Shown here in pieces: positions 21,404-31,838 of a stretch of 41,633 bases of DNA. Made by a program: the position numbers and the translations under genes. The stretch's first letter is position 1. Every line of letters begins with the position of its first letter. A model generated the notes under the pieces. That model had not been told where the DNA came from, ran no database searches, and saw nothing but the letters and a program-made list of their open reading frames with translations. Origin of the DNA: an uncultured Thermococci archaeon (GTDB lineage: Archaea > Methanobacteriota_B > Thermococci > Thermococcales > Thermococcaceae); contig CAZAPD010000046.1 in the NCBI GenBank assembly GCA_964487115.1, positions 1 through 41,633 of the forward strand, in the 5' to 3' direction.

Positions 21404-22250
21404 CCTTTATATGCTGGGGGAGTTCTTCCCACTCCCTTTTCTGTAGCAAAGCAGCTGCTTCCTCAAGAGTCAGGGGGATATCCCTTATACCCACCATTCT
21501 AAGCAGTTGTATAACCTCTGGGATTTCTAAGTTTGCCTCCTCAAGAATATCCTCTCTGGAGAAAAGCTCTCTTGGTCTTCCTCCGAATATCAGTTTTCTG
21601 TTTATGACGTAACATCTGTCAGCCAGTCTTATTGCTCTTAGGTCGTGAGTTGCCATTACAACAGTTTTTCCTGTATCCCTCAGCTCTCTGATTAGGTTAA
21701 GTATGTAATTACGGTTCCTCAGGTCGAGATCCCTCGTGGGTTCATCCAATAAGACGACATCGGGATCTAAGGCCAGCACGGCGGCTATTGAGGCCTTTTT
21801 CTTCTCGCCCCCACTCAGATTATAGGGATGTCTGTCCTTAAGATGGTATATGCCGAGTTTTTTCATTATGTCCTCTGTCATGGCTAATGCTTTCTCCTTT
21901 TCATAGAGATGTAAGGGGCCAAAAGCAACATCTTCCAGAACGGTAGGGCTGAATAACATAATATCTGGATTCTGAAATAGAAATCCCACTTTACTTCTAA
22001 ACCACTCCATATCCTTCTCATTTGTGAGAACATCCTCTGTAATTCTTTTTCCCATAAAACGTATTTCACCCTTTTGAGGGAAAATTAATCCATCGAGAAT
22101 CTTCAGCAGAGTTGTTTTTCCTGCTCCGTTAGGCCCCACAATTGCTACGATCTCCCCCCGATATATATCCATGCTAATGTCTTCCAATGCCATCTTTCCT
22201 GTTGGGTACCTGTACGAAACTTCCCTGACTTCGTAGATTTTTCTGCTCAT
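21393..22250 (-). CDS. Ni/Co ECF transporter ATPase (NikO/CbiO)
   Basis: GPNGAGKTT, FQNPD, LSGGEKK, LLDEP. Confidence 0.9.
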   Translation of the reverse strand: MSRKIYEVREVSYRYPTGKMALEDISMDIYRGEIVAIVGPNGAGKTTLLKILDGLIFPQKGEIRFMGKRITEDVLTNEKDMEWFRSKVGFLFQNPDIMLFSPTVLEDVAFGPLHLYEKEKALAMTEDIMKKLGIYHLKDRHPYNLSGGEKKKASIAAVLALDPDVVLLDEPTRDLDLRNRNYILNLIRELRDTGKTVVMATHDLRAIRLADRCYVINRKLIFGGRPRELFSREDILEEANLEIPEVIQLLRMVGIRDIPLTLEEAAALLQKREWEELPQHIKVRL

Positions 22251-23077
22251 ATAAACCACCTATCCCCTATAAACACAGCGCTCATTAAGAATATTGTTAA
22301 AGTCAAAAAAATGGCATCACGTTTCTTAAATTTAAATTCGTTCAGGCTTTTTGCTGAGTGTAGATAACCCCTTGAGAGCATGGCATAATAAATGTCCTCC
22401 CCCATCATCTGAGTTTTTATAAAAACAGCCCCCATATTCTTTCCAGCCTCTTTCCAGCTCTCAACCATTCTAAGCTTCCGACACAGCCTCGATCTCCGGG
22501 AATACATCGAATCAAGTAAGATGTTGATGAGGAGAAATATATATCTATAGGTTAGGGTGGTTATCGTTATCACTGTGCCGGGGATTTTGAAATCTGAAAG
22601 AGCTTTCATAACATCACTCCATTTCGTCGTTATTGTCAGGAGGATTGCATATGAAACTGCAGTTGCAACTCTCAGGGTAAATAATCCTGCTGCATGAAGG
22701 CCTTCCTCTGTTATTGCGATATAAGGTGATCTCCAGATGACCAGCAAGGCTCTACCGGGGGTTATGACGTTAAAAATGGCAGGAATGGCTATGATACCTG
22801 TGAATAACGGTATAAAAACCCACACTCTTTTCAGAAAATACGTTGGGGGGATTCCAGAAAGAGTTGCCATCAGAAGAGGAATGGAATACAGAAGAAGGAG
22901 GGTTTTTATATGTCCTACGCCTACCACAACAGAAATTGAAATCAGCAAAGCTATCAATTTAGCCCGGGGATCAAGAGACTGGAGTAGTCCTCTGTTCTGT
23001 GCATACTTCTCTGAGAACACAGCTTCCTTTATGAATGAGATGACCTCTTCCACGGTTTTATCTATCAGCTTGCTCAT
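22247..23077 (-). CDS. Ni/Co ECF transporter T component (NikQ/CbiQ)
   Basis: LDPRAK, YRYI, SR motifs, AMLSRGY, TM helices. Confidence 0.9.
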   Translation of the reverse strand: MSKLIDKTVEEVISFIKEAVFSEKYAQNRGLLQSLDPRAKLIALLISISVVVGVGHIKTLLLLYSIPLLMATLSGIPPTYFLKRVWVFIPLFTGIIAIPAIFNVITPGRALLVIWRSPYIAITEEGLHAAGLFTLRVATAVSYAILLTITTKWSDVMKALSDFKIPGTVITITTLTYRYIFLLINILLDSMYSRRSRLCRKLRMVESWKEAGKNMGAVFIKTQMMGEDIYYAMLSRGYLHSAKSLNEFKFKKRDAIFLTLTIFLMSAVFIGDRWFI

Positions 23078-23106
23078 TTTTATCCCTCAGGTATAAAAAT
23101 AAAAAA

Positions 23107-23433
23107 TCAGGAAGACGGGCTCACGAACTTCATCAGAGCATAGTATGCCCCGAGAACTAAGGCAACACCAACAACAGCGGAGATTATGTATCCCACAGAT
23201 GCGTGGAGCTTGTCTTCCCATCCTGGAACGTTGTAATCAGGAAGAACTGCATGTGTCCATGTACTGGACAGTTTTTCCATGCCTGTGAGTTTCTCGTGAA
23301 CCTGATTGGATAGGTCGCTGGGATCCCATTCTCCCCATGCATCTCCATAGTTCCATACAAGTAAAATACCTATTGGGGAGAGGATTATTAATACCCCAAT
23401 TATGGCAAGGAATGTTTTTGTGAGTCTGTCCAT
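23107..23433 (-). CDS. PDGLE-domain/NikN-like ECF accessory component
   Basis: Two TMs flanking AWGEW...LPDY; lies between the M and Q components. Confidence 0.85.
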   Translation of the reverse strand: MDRLTKTFLAIIGVLIILSPIGILLVWNYGDAWGEWDPSDLSNQVHEKLTGMEKLSSTWTHAVLPDYNVPGWEDKLHASVGYIISAVVGVALVLGAYYALMKFVSPSS

Positions 23434-23437
23434 AGCA

Positions 23438-24097
23438 TCACCCCCTCAAAGCTTCGGGTTCTCCCATACTGAACAGCTCAGGCTGAGATTTTTTGACATA
23501 CCATAGAACCGTTGCAGTTACAACCGCTGCCGCTGGACCTGCTGTTACCAGATGTGCAAATGCCATGGCTGGAACGGAAACCCAGAAGGTATACGGACAG
23601 TATCCCTGCTGGATATAAGGCTGAAGTCCAAACTCAAAGCCTGCAACAATTGCCGCTGTTACAAGTCCTACATATGCCCCTATTCCAGCTGCTGCAACAT
23701 CATTAATCTTTGTTCTCAGTACTCTGTACGTGTAATAACCCACAAAGGGCAGAACTACTGCCATATTGAAGCAGTTAGCCGCATAAGTCGTTATTCCTCC
23801 ATCACCGAAGAAAAGTGCCTGTATCAGTAGTACAATCGATATTGAAACTGTAGCTGCCCATGGCCCTATAAGTATTGCTATTATCGTTCCTCCGACAATG
23901 TGGGCTGTCGTCCCATCGGGAACCGGTAGGTTATACATCATGACAAGGAATGAGAATGCTGTCAGGACTCCAAGCAGAGGCACCTGTTTTGGGTGGAGGT
24001 TCTTGAGCCATTTGATTCCCTTGTACCAGAAGGGTATCATCACTATGTAAAAAAACATGCATGTATATGGTCCAAGATATCCATCGGGTATGTGCAA
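23438..24097 (-). CDS. ECF substrate-binding component NikM/CbiM (nickel-type)
   Basis: TTG start after GGAGG giving MHIPDGYL; GTTAH, QALFFGDGG. Confidence 0.92.
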   Translation of the reverse strand: MHIPDGYLGPYTCMFFYIVMIPFWYKGIKWLKNLHPKQVPLLGVLTAFSFLVMMYNLPVPDGTTAHIVGGTIIAILIGPWAATVSISIVLLIQALFFGDGGITTYAANCFNMAVVLPFVGYYTYRVLRTKINDVAAAGIGAYVGLVTAAIVAGFEFGLQPYIQQGYCPYTFWVSVPAMAFAHLVTAGPAAAVVTATVLWYVKKSQPELFSMGEPEALRG

Positions 24098-24125
24098 TTT
24101 TATCCCTCCATTCTGTGTGTTTTTG

Positions 24126-24153
24126 GTATTATCAAACCTTAAAACAGTGGCAC
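24126..24153. promoter_or_regulatory. Candidate NikR operator
   Basis: GTATTA-N16-TGGCAC directly downstream of the - strand BRE/TATA (GAAAAAGC-TTTTTATA, about 24171-24156). Confidence 0.5.
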
Positions 24154-24211
24154 GATATAAAAAGCTTTTTCAAACAATAGTAGCACAACTAAAGGTGAAA
24201 AACGAGAAAAG

Positions 24212-24994
24212 TCAGAGGTAACCTCTGTCTTCCTCTTCTTGAGTTGGGGGCATCTGCTGCTCAAGCATAGCCCTTTGCATCTCCTGAACTTTCTTCAGGA
24301 TTTCCTCGGTTTCTTTTGCTCTCTCATCGAGAGCACTCATGTCAATTTCTAAATTAAGCATTTGTGCGACAACGCTTAAGACTGCCTTTGCGGCTTTTGC
24401 ATCGACTATGTAGCCGAGACTCTCACCGAGAAGGCAGATACCTCTCATTCCCCTGAGCTTACCAAGTCCAAGCAACAATCCAGCTGCACCGACTATAGCC
24501 CCTCCCTCATCCTCTCTGAAGACTACTGGCAAATCTTTAAACTGTTTAATCATGTCCTCATGAGTAACTGAAGCCAAAACTTTTGGCTCTCCTTCAATTT
24601 CAGGCACCTGATAGCCACCCATTGTGATGATTTCTCTTGTTCCAAATTCCTGCACAAAATCGAGCATTTTTCCAACCACTTCAAAGTGTCCGGGACTGTC
24701 GGTTGGTGGAACCTGCATATCCCCTGTTATAATTATGATATCCCTATGCTCACTATCAGGGCTTTTCCAGTAGTAAAATTCATTTTTCATTAGCTCCACA
24801 ACTGAATTCCTCTTTATGACAACTTGGTGCATGAAATGCGGTGAGTATAAATCTGCGAATTTTTTGGCGTTTAACTCCTGAATCAGGTGCTCAGCGGCAA
24901 GTTTTCCAACCAAACCAATGCCGGGAAGACCCTCTATAAAGATTGGATCATCAAGCTCTGGTCTTTCATAAACAACTATTATGCTCTCTTTCAT
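24212..24994 (-). CDS. Proteasome assembly chaperone (PAC2) family protein
   Basis: IEGLPGIGLVGKLA, GAIVGAAGLLLG; conserved position after nop10. Confidence 0.9.
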   Translation of the reverse strand: MKESIIVVYERPELDDPIFIEGLPGIGLVGKLAAEHLIQELNAKKFADLYSPHFMHQVVIKRNSVVELMKNEFYYWKSPDSEHRDIIIITGDMQVPPTDSPGHFEVVGKMLDFVQEFGTREIITMGGYQVPEIEGEPKVLASVTHEDMIKQFKDLPVVFREDEGGAIVGAAGLLLGLGKLRGMRGICLLGESLGYIVDAKAAKAVLSVVAQMLNLEIDMSALDERAKETEEILKKVQEMQRAMLEQQMPPTQEEEDRGYL

Positions 24995-24996
24995 TT

Positions 24997-25173
24997 TTAT
25001 TTCCTCCCGATTCCAAGGAGCTCCCTCTTCAGCTTTCGCCTGTAGGCTCCATAGGGATCCTCAGGTGAGAACCTTGGAGGATGAGCCACCTTTGTTTTAG
25101 TCCCACACACAGGACAGATTTCTCTAAGTGTGTATCTATTGCATTTTGGACATTTTTTTATGCGGAACCTCAT
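24997..25173 (-). CDS. nop10: H/ACA RNP protein Nop10, 58 aa (absent from ORF track)
   Basis: [24 protein letters not shown]...[17 protein letters not shown]. Confidence 0.96.
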   Translation of the reverse strand: MRFRIKKCPKCNRYTLREICPVCGTKTKVAHPPRFSPEDPYGAYRRKLKRELLGIGRK

Positions 25174-25997
25174 CTCTCTCTCCTCTTAATCTTTTTGATT
25201 CTTTTTTCTTTTCTGATCAAAGTTGCCTCCCCGCCGGCTTCCTTTATAACTCTAAGGATTTCTTCTGCAATACTCTCAAGAATCTCTTCGGCTTTGTAGT
25301 AATCTGGGGCAGTTATATCAATTCTGTATCTTGGAGCTCCTTGGTATGTGAATTTAACCTCTATCTCTTTCTCTTCATTTGCTCTATCCCTTGCCCTGAT
25401 TAGTGCCTCCTTAATGATTTCAATGCCATTTGGTTTGGGCACTGTTATTTCAAACTCCGCATCTATTGTAACTGTCGGTACCTCAACGTAGCTTGTGACT
25501 ATCTCCTCAAGAGGGGCAAGCCATTCCTCGGGTATCAAATCTTTAAGGACATCAATGCCGTTCTGGGCAGCATCTTCAAATGCCGCATAAACTTCCCCAT
25601 ATTCTTTCTCAAGGGGGACCCAGACTTCTCTCCACGCTGTTCTGAAATCCTTTCCGAGCTTTTCAGCTGTCATTTTCAGGAGGTTCTCGGCCTTCTGAGC
25701 TCTCTTGAATTCCTGTAGCTTGGCCTTCCTTTGCTGCTGATTAACTCTCTTAAGACTTAGGTCAATATGTCCTTTGCTCGGGTCGACCCTGATCACCTTG
25801 GCAACTATTTTTTGGCCTTCTTTGATGTAGTCTCTTATGTTTTTGACCCATGTTGAAGCTACCTCACTGATATGCATGAAGCCCTCCTTTCCGGGATATT
25901 CGTCCAGTATGAGAAAAGCACCGTAAGGATGAATATTTTTGACTGTTGCAACCACAAACTCTCCCTCTTCAGGATATTCCCTCGCTTTCCTTGGCAT
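25170..25997 (-). CDS. eif2a: Translation initiation factor 2 subunit alpha
   Basis: S1 domain ([26 protein letters not shown]) and GAPRYRI. Confidence 0.96.
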   Translation of the reverse strand: MPRKAREYPEEGEFVVATVKNIHPYGAFLILDEYPGKEGFMHISEVASTWVKNIRDYIKEGQKIVAKVIRVDPSKGHIDLSLKRVNQQQRKAKLQEFKRAQKAENLLKMTAEKLGKDFRTAWREVWVPLEKEYGEVYAAFEDAAQNGIDVLKDLIPEEWLAPLEEIVTSYVEVPTVTIDAEFEITVPKPNGIEIIKEALIRARDRANEEKEIEVKFTYQGAPRYRIDITAPDYYKAEEILESIAEEILRVIKEAGGEATLIRKEKRIKKIKRRER

Positions 25998-26076
25998 TTT
26001 AACCACCTCAAAATTTCTTTGTCCTCTTTTATTTAAACAAGGAGGTTTTTAAAGTTTAGGAGAAAAGGAAATGGGT

Positions 26077-26274
26077 TCATTCAAGAACCTCTAAAATCTT
26101 AGCTTTAATCACGCCCTTACCACCTGTGGGTTCGACAAGTGTGGCACCGCAAACGAGGCATCTAACCTTCGTCGCTGGATTGCTGAAGACTATCTGCTCG
26201 TTACCACAGTCAATGCATTTGACCTTGAGGAATCTGGATCTTGGCATTGGAATCAAGTTTTTTGGTAGTGTCAT
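26077..26274 (-). CDS. rps27e: 30S ribosomal protein S27e
   Basis: [20 protein letters not shown]...[13 protein letters not shown]. Confidence 0.97.
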   Translation of the reverse strand: MTLPKNLIPMPRSRFLKVKCIDCGNEQIVFSNPATKVRCLVCGATLVEPTGGKGVIKAKILEVLE

Positions 26275-26561
26275 TAGCTCACCTCCACGAGCTCAAACTT
26301 TTTCACTCTGAAACCTTTTCCTCTTGTATGGGCCTTGCCACATACAGTACAGCGGAAGCGGAGGTCGAGCTTTTTTACAGGTTTTTCTCTACCAGCGGGA
26401 TTTGGTCTCGGAAAACCTCGGTAACCTTTCATGATTCTTCTGAATCTTCTCTGTCCTTGGCTAAGCTCACTCCTCGGCCTTTTCTTGACCTTTTCAACTT
26501 TGTGAATTGTGTGCTTCTTGCAGTAGGGACAGTATGTTCTTATCTGCTTTGGATACTTCAT
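26274..26561 (-). CDS. rpl44e: 50S ribosomal protein L44e
   Basis: [31 protein letters not shown]. Confidence 0.97.
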   Translation of the reverse strand: MKYPKQIRTYCPYCKKHTIHKVEKVKKRPRSELSQGQRRFRRIMKGYRGFPRPNPAGREKPVKKLDLRFRCTVCGKAHTRGKGFRVKKFELVEVS

Positions 26562-26640
26562 TTTCTCACCTCCAACAAGAGGCCCAGTGGGTTCTCCCCG
26601 GATACCCCTGAGCCATGAACCATGACAGTTCGGATAGGCC
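26562..26640 (-). ncRNA. Structured 5' leader RNA of the rpl44e operon (possibly the sscA element)
   Basis: GC-rich hairpin GGCUCAG-GGGU...ACCC-A-CUGGGCC (26614-26581) between TATA (about 26659-26652) and RBS; identity as sscA is from memory only. Confidence 0.55.
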
Positions 26641-26668
26641 TTCGACTTTGACTTTAAAACGTTTTTGG

Positions 26669-27247
26669 CTAAAGCTGAAGAATGAGCGGAAGAATGAAAG
26701 GTATCACAGCTGTTAGAATAAACCCATGGACGAATGCTACCACAGCAGTCCCGCTATCCCCAAACTTCCTAATTATTGGAAGGGTCGTGTCCATCGTAGT
26801 AGCCCCTCCAATTGAAACGAGGGGCTCTTTTGGAATTTTTCCTGCTGCAATTGGGTAGAGTATTACCGTAATTATCTCTCTCGTTAAATTTGCCAGAAAA
26901 CCTAAAGCACCATAGACAGCTGAATATTGGGCGATAAGTGGCCCGGTAAGACTATACCAGCCACAACCCGCAGCTACGGCTAATCCCCACCTTAGGGATA
27001 TTCCGAGAATTAACGATGCTATCAGACCGCCAATTAGAGAACCCAGCATAGTGGAGAACGGCAGGAGGAGAACAAATTTGCTGACTTTTTTCACCTCATT
27101 TATGTTGCTCATTCCAAGGTCCACTCCAATAAAGAATATCAAGGTGTAAAGCATGAGCTCGTAGAGATTGCCAAAATCAGGAGAGATAATTTTGCCGGTT
27201 ATAAGACCTGCTGTAAGAGCTACAAGGACAAGATACAGAAACCTCAC
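26669..27247 (-). CDS. LysO/DUF340 family exporter, C-terminal part
   Basis: [24 protein letters not shown] motifs. Confidence 0.88.
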   Translation of the reverse strand: MRFLYLVLVALTAGLITGKIISPDFGNLYELMLYTLIFFIGVDLGMSNINEVKKVSKFVLLLPFSTMLGSLIGGLIASLILGISLRWGLAVAAGCGWYSLTGPLIAQYSAVYGALGFLANLTREIITVILYPIAAGKIPKEPLVSIGGATTMDTTLPIIRKFGDSGTAVVAFVHGFILTAVIPFILPLILQL

Positions 27248-27498
27248 TTTATCAGCCTCCTAAGGATGGTGGCAAACGTTAGACTTCCGAGTATTGCCAG
27301 AATTGCAAAGAGTACTGAGGCTCCAAAAAGCCATGATGCACTTATCTTGACCTTTCCTGCTTCAACTCCCATAAAAAAGATAAGAGCCAGCAGAGATAGG
27401 CTTATTAAGATGTCAAGCCATCGTCTACTTTTTGATAGATATCCTTTTCCAATGTATCCCACAAGTAACCCAATGAGGAGTGGAATGAAGATGTTCAT
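27244..27498 (-). CDS. Small membrane protein, LysO N-terminal partner
   Basis: Three TMs, LIFFMG motif, 4-bp overlap with the LysO gene. Confidence 0.75.
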   Translation of the reverse strand: MNIFIPLLIGLLVGYIGKGYLSKSRRWLDILISLSLLALIFFMGVEAGKVKISASWLFGASVLFAILAILGSLTFATILRRLIK

Positions 27499-27562
27499 AA
27501 TGTAAAATTAAAACGTGAAGATAATAAGCTTAACGCTTCATGAAAGATAAAATCAAATACCA

Positions 27563-28633
27563 TTATCCATAAACTGTTTCTCTGGTGTTGGGATCGAATA
27601 AATATATTCTGTTCTCCTCGGGTCTCCAGTAAATTTCTCCTCTGGTAGTTTTTATGTCTTCTGGGAGACGTATAACTATTTCCGTGTTTCCATATCCAAC
27701 ATGTCCGAAGTTTTCAACTCCAAGCTTTTCTACTCCAAGAAGTTCGCCTTTTATGAATCCTTCAGCTGGCTGTGGGCTTATCTGGACATGCTGGGGTCTG
27801 AATCCAAGTATAACATTTCCGTGGGGAACGTCTTTGGGTAGCTCCATAGAAAAGTGTTCGGTTTCAAACACTGTTTTTCCATCTTTATCGATTATCTCCC
27901 CTTCGATGAGGTTCATTGGAGGACTGCCAACGAAGGTTGCTACGAATGTGTTCTTAGGCCTGTAGAATATTTCATCTGGTGTTCCTACCTGCTGGAGAAT
28001 ACCTTTGTTCATAACTGCTATCCTGTCCGCCATAGTCATTGCTTCGACTTGATCATGTGTCACATAGACTGTTGTGATGCCAAGCTCGTAGCTCAGAAGT
28101 TTTTTGAGCTCGAAACGCATCTGTGTTCTTATCTTGGCATCGAGGTTGCTAAGTGGTTCATCTAACAGGAAGACTTGAGGCTCTCTAACAAGAGCCCTTG
28201 CCAGTGCAACACGCTGTTGCTGACCACCACTTAGCTCGCTGGGTTTTCTGTTTAAAAGAGCATCAATCCCTAAGAATTCAGCTACTTCTTTAACCTTCTT
28301 TGCTCTTTCTTCTTTGGGAACGCCGGACATTTTTAATGGAAATTCAATATTCCCAAAAACGGTCATATGGGGATAGAGGGCATAGCTCTGGAAAACCATG
28401 GCGACATTTCGTTTTGTTGGATCTACATCGTTGACAATGCTATCTCCAATCCAAATTTCTCCTTCTGTAGGTGTCTCTAATCCCGCAATCATTCTCAGCG
28501 TTGTGGATTTGCCACAGCCTGAAGGGCCGAGTAGCACCATAAATTCCCCATCTTTGATTCCAAGATTGAGGTTCTTAACTGCAGTCACTTCTCCAAACTT
28601 TTTAGTGACATTCTTAAGCAAAATCCGCGCCAT
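27563..28633 (-). CDS. Sugar ABC transporter ATPase (MalK-like)
   Basis: GPSGCGKST, FQSYALYPHM, LSGGQQQR, LDEPLSNLDA. Confidence 0.96.
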   Translation of the reverse strand: MARILLKNVTKKFGEVTAVKNLNLGIKDGEFMVLLGPSGCGKSTTLRMIAGLETPTEGEIWIGDSIVNDVDPTKRNVAMVFQSYALYPHMTVFGNIEFPLKMSGVPKEERAKKVKEVAEFLGIDALLNRKPSELSGGQQQRVALARALVREPQVFLLDEPLSNLDAKIRTQMRFELKKLLSYELGITTVYVTHDQVEAMTMADRIAVMNKGILQQVGTPDEIFYRPKNTFVATFVGSPPMNLIEGEIIDKDGKTVFETEHFSMELPKDVPHGNVILGFRPQHVQISPQPAEGFIKGELLGVEKLGVENFGHVGYGNTEIVIRLPEDIKTTRGEIYWRPEENRIYLFDPNTRETVYG

Positions 28634-29481
28634 TAACCTTTCCCTCCTGTAATTACAATACCTCTAATAAGATATTTGTTCAAGACAAGGAAGAGTATTA
28701 TAGTAGGAGCAGAGGCAACGAGGGAGCCTGCAATTATTGGCGTGTATTCTGTCCACATGGATCTCTGGAAAGCAAAACTCAACCCCACCGGGAGAGTAAA
28801 GTTCTCTGGAGAACGAAGGAATATCAACGGCCCGATGAATGCATTCCAAGATCCTAAAAACTGGTATACAGCAACTGCTCCAAGAGCTGGTTTGGCTAAG
28901 GGCAAGGCTATGTAAAAAAATGCTTTTATTGGTCCGCATCCGTCTAATCGGGCTGCTTCAAATATTTCATCGGATAACGACACAAAATACTGCTTCATTA
29001 GGAAGATGCTGGAGACATTAACTAAACCCAAAAGTGCCAGTCCAAAAATATTATCAATTAGTCCAAGCTTGTAGATTATGATGTAGTTCGGCACTAATGT
29101 CACAAACATTGGTATCATTAACAGAGATAACATGGCAGAGAATATTGCATCTCTGCCGGGAAATTCCAGTCTTGCGAATGCATATCCAGCCATGCTGGAG
29201 AATACAATATTCCCAGCAATTATGAGGCCTGCATACAAGGCGGTATTCCTAATCCATCTCGGGAACAATTCAAGTCTGAAAAGTTTCTCATAGTTTTCAA
29301 GGGTAAACGGATGAGGTATCCACTGAGGAGGATAGTGCGAAGCTTGGGCCCATGTCATGAAAGAGGCTACGAGAGAACGAATGAATGGCATTAAATATAC
29401 CAGAGCAAAAGTAATCAAAACAACGTAAGTTATAACTTTCCAGATGGTTTTAACAAGCTTTTCTTTCTCTTTTGGTGTCAT
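28633..29481 (-). CDS. Carbohydrate ABC permease (MalG-like)
   Basis: EAARLDG loop, GYAFARL.FPGR. Confidence 0.95.
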   Translation of the reverse strand: MTPKEKEKLVKTIWKVITYVVLITFALVYLMPFIRSLVASFMTWAQASHYPPQWIPHPFTLENYEKLFRLELFPRWIRNTALYAGLIIAGNIVFSSMAGYAFARLEFPGRDAIFSAMLSLLMIPMFVTLVPNYIIIYKLGLIDNIFGLALLGLVNVSSIFLMKQYFVSLSDEIFEAARLDGCGPIKAFFYIALPLAKPALGAVAVYQFLGSWNAFIGPLIFLRSPENFTLPVGLSFAFQRSMWTEYTPIIAGSLVASAPTIILFLVLNKYLIRGIVITGGKG

Positions 29482-30425
29482 TTCACTGCCCTCCCATATT
29501 TTTTCTGAAAGATATATGTGGTTGTGAATATTATTGCGAACAAAAACCAGCTTTTTGCAGCTGCCACTCCAGGTCTGATCCTTGTAAATGCTTCATTGTA
29601 TATATCCAAAGCCACTGTATAGCCAGCCCCACCAGGACCACCGTTAGCTCCTGCCATGATCCATGCCAAATCGAACATCTGCAATGCCCCTATAAGTCCC
29701 ATCACAACAACATATGTTATCATTGGTTTCAGCATTGGTATTGTTATGAAAAAGAATCTCCTTATAGGACCAGCTCCGTCGAGCATAGCCGCTTCATATA
29801 TATCCTTAGGAATTGCTTGCATTGCAGCCAAGAATGATACCATAAAGTGTCCGCTTGTTCCCCATATTGCAACCAACGCAATTGCTAAGAGGAGATAATG
29901 GGGATCATTCATCCAGTCAATTGGTTTGAATCCGGGGATTATATGGACGAGAATATAGTTTATGAAACCTGTTTTCATGAAAAGCCAGATAAAGATGAGA
30001 CCGACGATTACAGAGCTTGTTGTTGCAGGTAAAAAATATGAAACCTTAAAAAATTGCTGTCCCTTAATTTTCTGATTTGCAAAAGCCGCTAAAGTTACGG
30101 CAAGAAACGTCTGAATCGGAACTACAAGAGCAGTATAGATGAGGATATTCTTAAGTCCTGTATAAAAAGGAGCCAATATATAAGGGTAACCATGAAATCC
30201 TCTACTTAAATCCCTTAAAACTATCATGTAATTATGCAACCCAACAAACTGCATTTTTCCTATATAGTCCCATTTAAAGAAACTTAGATAAAAAGCGAAT
30301 ACCATAGCGAAATATCCAAAGATCAAATTTAATATTACAGCAAAGGATATGAGGAACAAACCTGCTGTTATATCTTTATTCCTTGATTTTTCATAAAAAG
30401 AAGAAAATGAAGGCATAGAAAACAT
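29478..30425 (-). CDS. Carbohydrate ABC permease (MalF-like)
   Basis: YEAAMLDGA..RRFF.IT.PMLKP. Confidence 0.95.
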   Translation of the reverse strand: MFSMPSFSSFYEKSRNKDITAGLFLISFAVILNLIFGYFAMVFAFYLSFFKWDYIGKMQFVGLHNYMIVLRDLSRGFHGYPYILAPFYTGLKNILIYTALVVPIQTFLAVTLAAFANQKIKGQQFFKVSYFLPATTSSVIVGLIFIWLFMKTGFINYILVHIIPGFKPIDWMNDPHYLLLAIALVAIWGTSGHFMVSFLAAMQAIPKDIYEAAMLDGAGPIRRFFFITIPMLKPMITYVVVMGLIGALQMFDLAWIMAGANGGPGGAGYTVALDIYNEAFTRIRPGVAAAKSWFLFAIIFTTTYIFQKKYGRAVK

Positions 30426-30437
30426 GAAATCACCCCT

Positions 30438-31838
30438 TCAACTACTAAATTCTTCTTGCACAAGCTGCTTCATAATTTCGATGGCCTTTTCTGGTGTTAT
30501 CTCACCCCTCATAGCTGAAGCCATAGTATCGCTGAATTTACTTTCGAGTTCTCCGCTCTTTGGACCCCATATGAAAACTATAAGGTCTTTATATTCTGGT
30601 ATAAATGAGAGAGTTTTCTTGTGCTGGGGCCACATATTGGGATCATTTTCAAATCCCTTCATGCTTGGTAATGTCTGTCCAGCTTTAACTACAAGATCTT
30701 CTTGGCCCTGTGGCCCTGTAACAAACTTGACAAAGTCCCATGCTTCTTGTGGATGCTTGGTCTTTGCATTTATGCCCAGAATGACTGTATATGCCATGGT
30801 GACTCTGCCATCTTTTCCAGCTGGTAAAGGTGCCATGTCCCAATCTGTACCGTATTTAAAGTTTGGAAATTGGTCTGCAAGAAATGGAATCATCCAGTTT
30901 CCACTTATAACCATAGCAACCTTCTGTTGACCAAATGCATCTCCAAGCCATCCAGCACCAACATCACTTGGCTGAACAACATATGGTTTCTTGCCCTCCT
31001 TTTGCATCTCAACATGCCCAATTCTGTAGAGGTTGATATACCATGTGAGGGTTTCTTTAACAATTGGATTATCAAACCATGAAGCATCACTTGCTTTTTC
31101 AAACCATGGCTTGGGTGCTCCATTGCTAACTGCGACAGGAACATACCTATTGAAGCCTCCAAGGTATATAGCCAACCCCGGAACTCCCGTTTTTTCAGTT
31201 ATAATCTTGGCATCTTGTTCAAGTTCATCCCATGTTTGTGGGGGTTTGGTTATTCCTGCCTGTTCGAAAAGTTTTTTGTTATAGAAGAGCACAAGCATGC
31301 TCCAGTCCTTAGGTATGCCGTATAATTTGCCATCCTTTTCAAAAGGTTTTAGTAGGAAGGGGTAGAACTTATCAATGAAACTCTTGTCTGCTAAGTTTGA
31401 GACAGGGTATAAAGCTCCTTTGTTTATGAAAATTGGTGCCCATGAACTGTCCACGTAAAAGACATCTGGAGCTACGCCGGCACCAAAGGAGGCTAATATG
31501 TTCTCGTGAAACATCTTAGTAATGACTTCATATTTGACTTCGATGTTGGGATATTCTTTCTCGAATTCAGAGATAATCTTTTGATAATTCTTCATTTCGG
31601 TTTCTCCAGCACTCCAGCCAGCAAATCTTATGAAAACTTTCTTCTCAATTTGGGTTTGGGTTTGAGTTTGGGTTTTAGTTTGCACTTCTGTTGTAGTCTG
31701 TATCTTTGTCTCAGTTGTAGTTTTGGTAGTCACTGTAGGAGAGCTGGTTGATGTTGTACCTCCCCCACCAATACATCCTGCCGCAACCACACCTAATAAA
31801 ACAATTGAAACCAAAATTAGACTGTAGATTTTCTTCAT
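30438..31838 (-). CDS. Sugar ABC substrate-binding lipoprotein
   Basis: Lipobox VAAGC, Thr/Gln-rich linker, DGKLYGIP, LFYNKKLF, VAMVISGNW. Confidence 0.93.
   Translation of the reverse strand: MKKIYSLILVSIVLLGVVAAGCIGGGGTTSTSSPTVTTKTTTETKIQTTTEVQTKTQTQTQTQIEKKVFIRFAGWSAGETEMKNYQKIISEFEKEYPNIEVKYEVITKMFHENILASFGAGVAPDVFYVDSSWAPIFINKGALYPVSNLADKSFIDKFYPFLLKPFEKDGKLYGIPKDWSMLVLFYNKKLFEQAGITKPPQTWDELEQDAKIITEKTGVPGLAIYLGGFNRYVPVAVSNGAPKPWFEKASDASWFDNPIVKETLTWYINLYRIGHVEMQKEGKKPYVVQPSDVGAGWLGDAFGQQKVAMVISGNWMIPFLADQFPNFKYGTDWDMAPLPAGKDGRVTMAYTVILGINAKTKHPQEAWDFVKFVTGPQGQEDLVVKAGQTLPSMKGFENDPNMWPQHKKTLSFIPEYKDLIVFIWGPKSGELESKFSDTMASAMRGEITPEKAIEIMKQLVQEEFSS

Noticed and set aside
24159..24186. Second NikR site using TAGCAC at 24181
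   Set aside because: No matching partner half-site at 16-bp spacing
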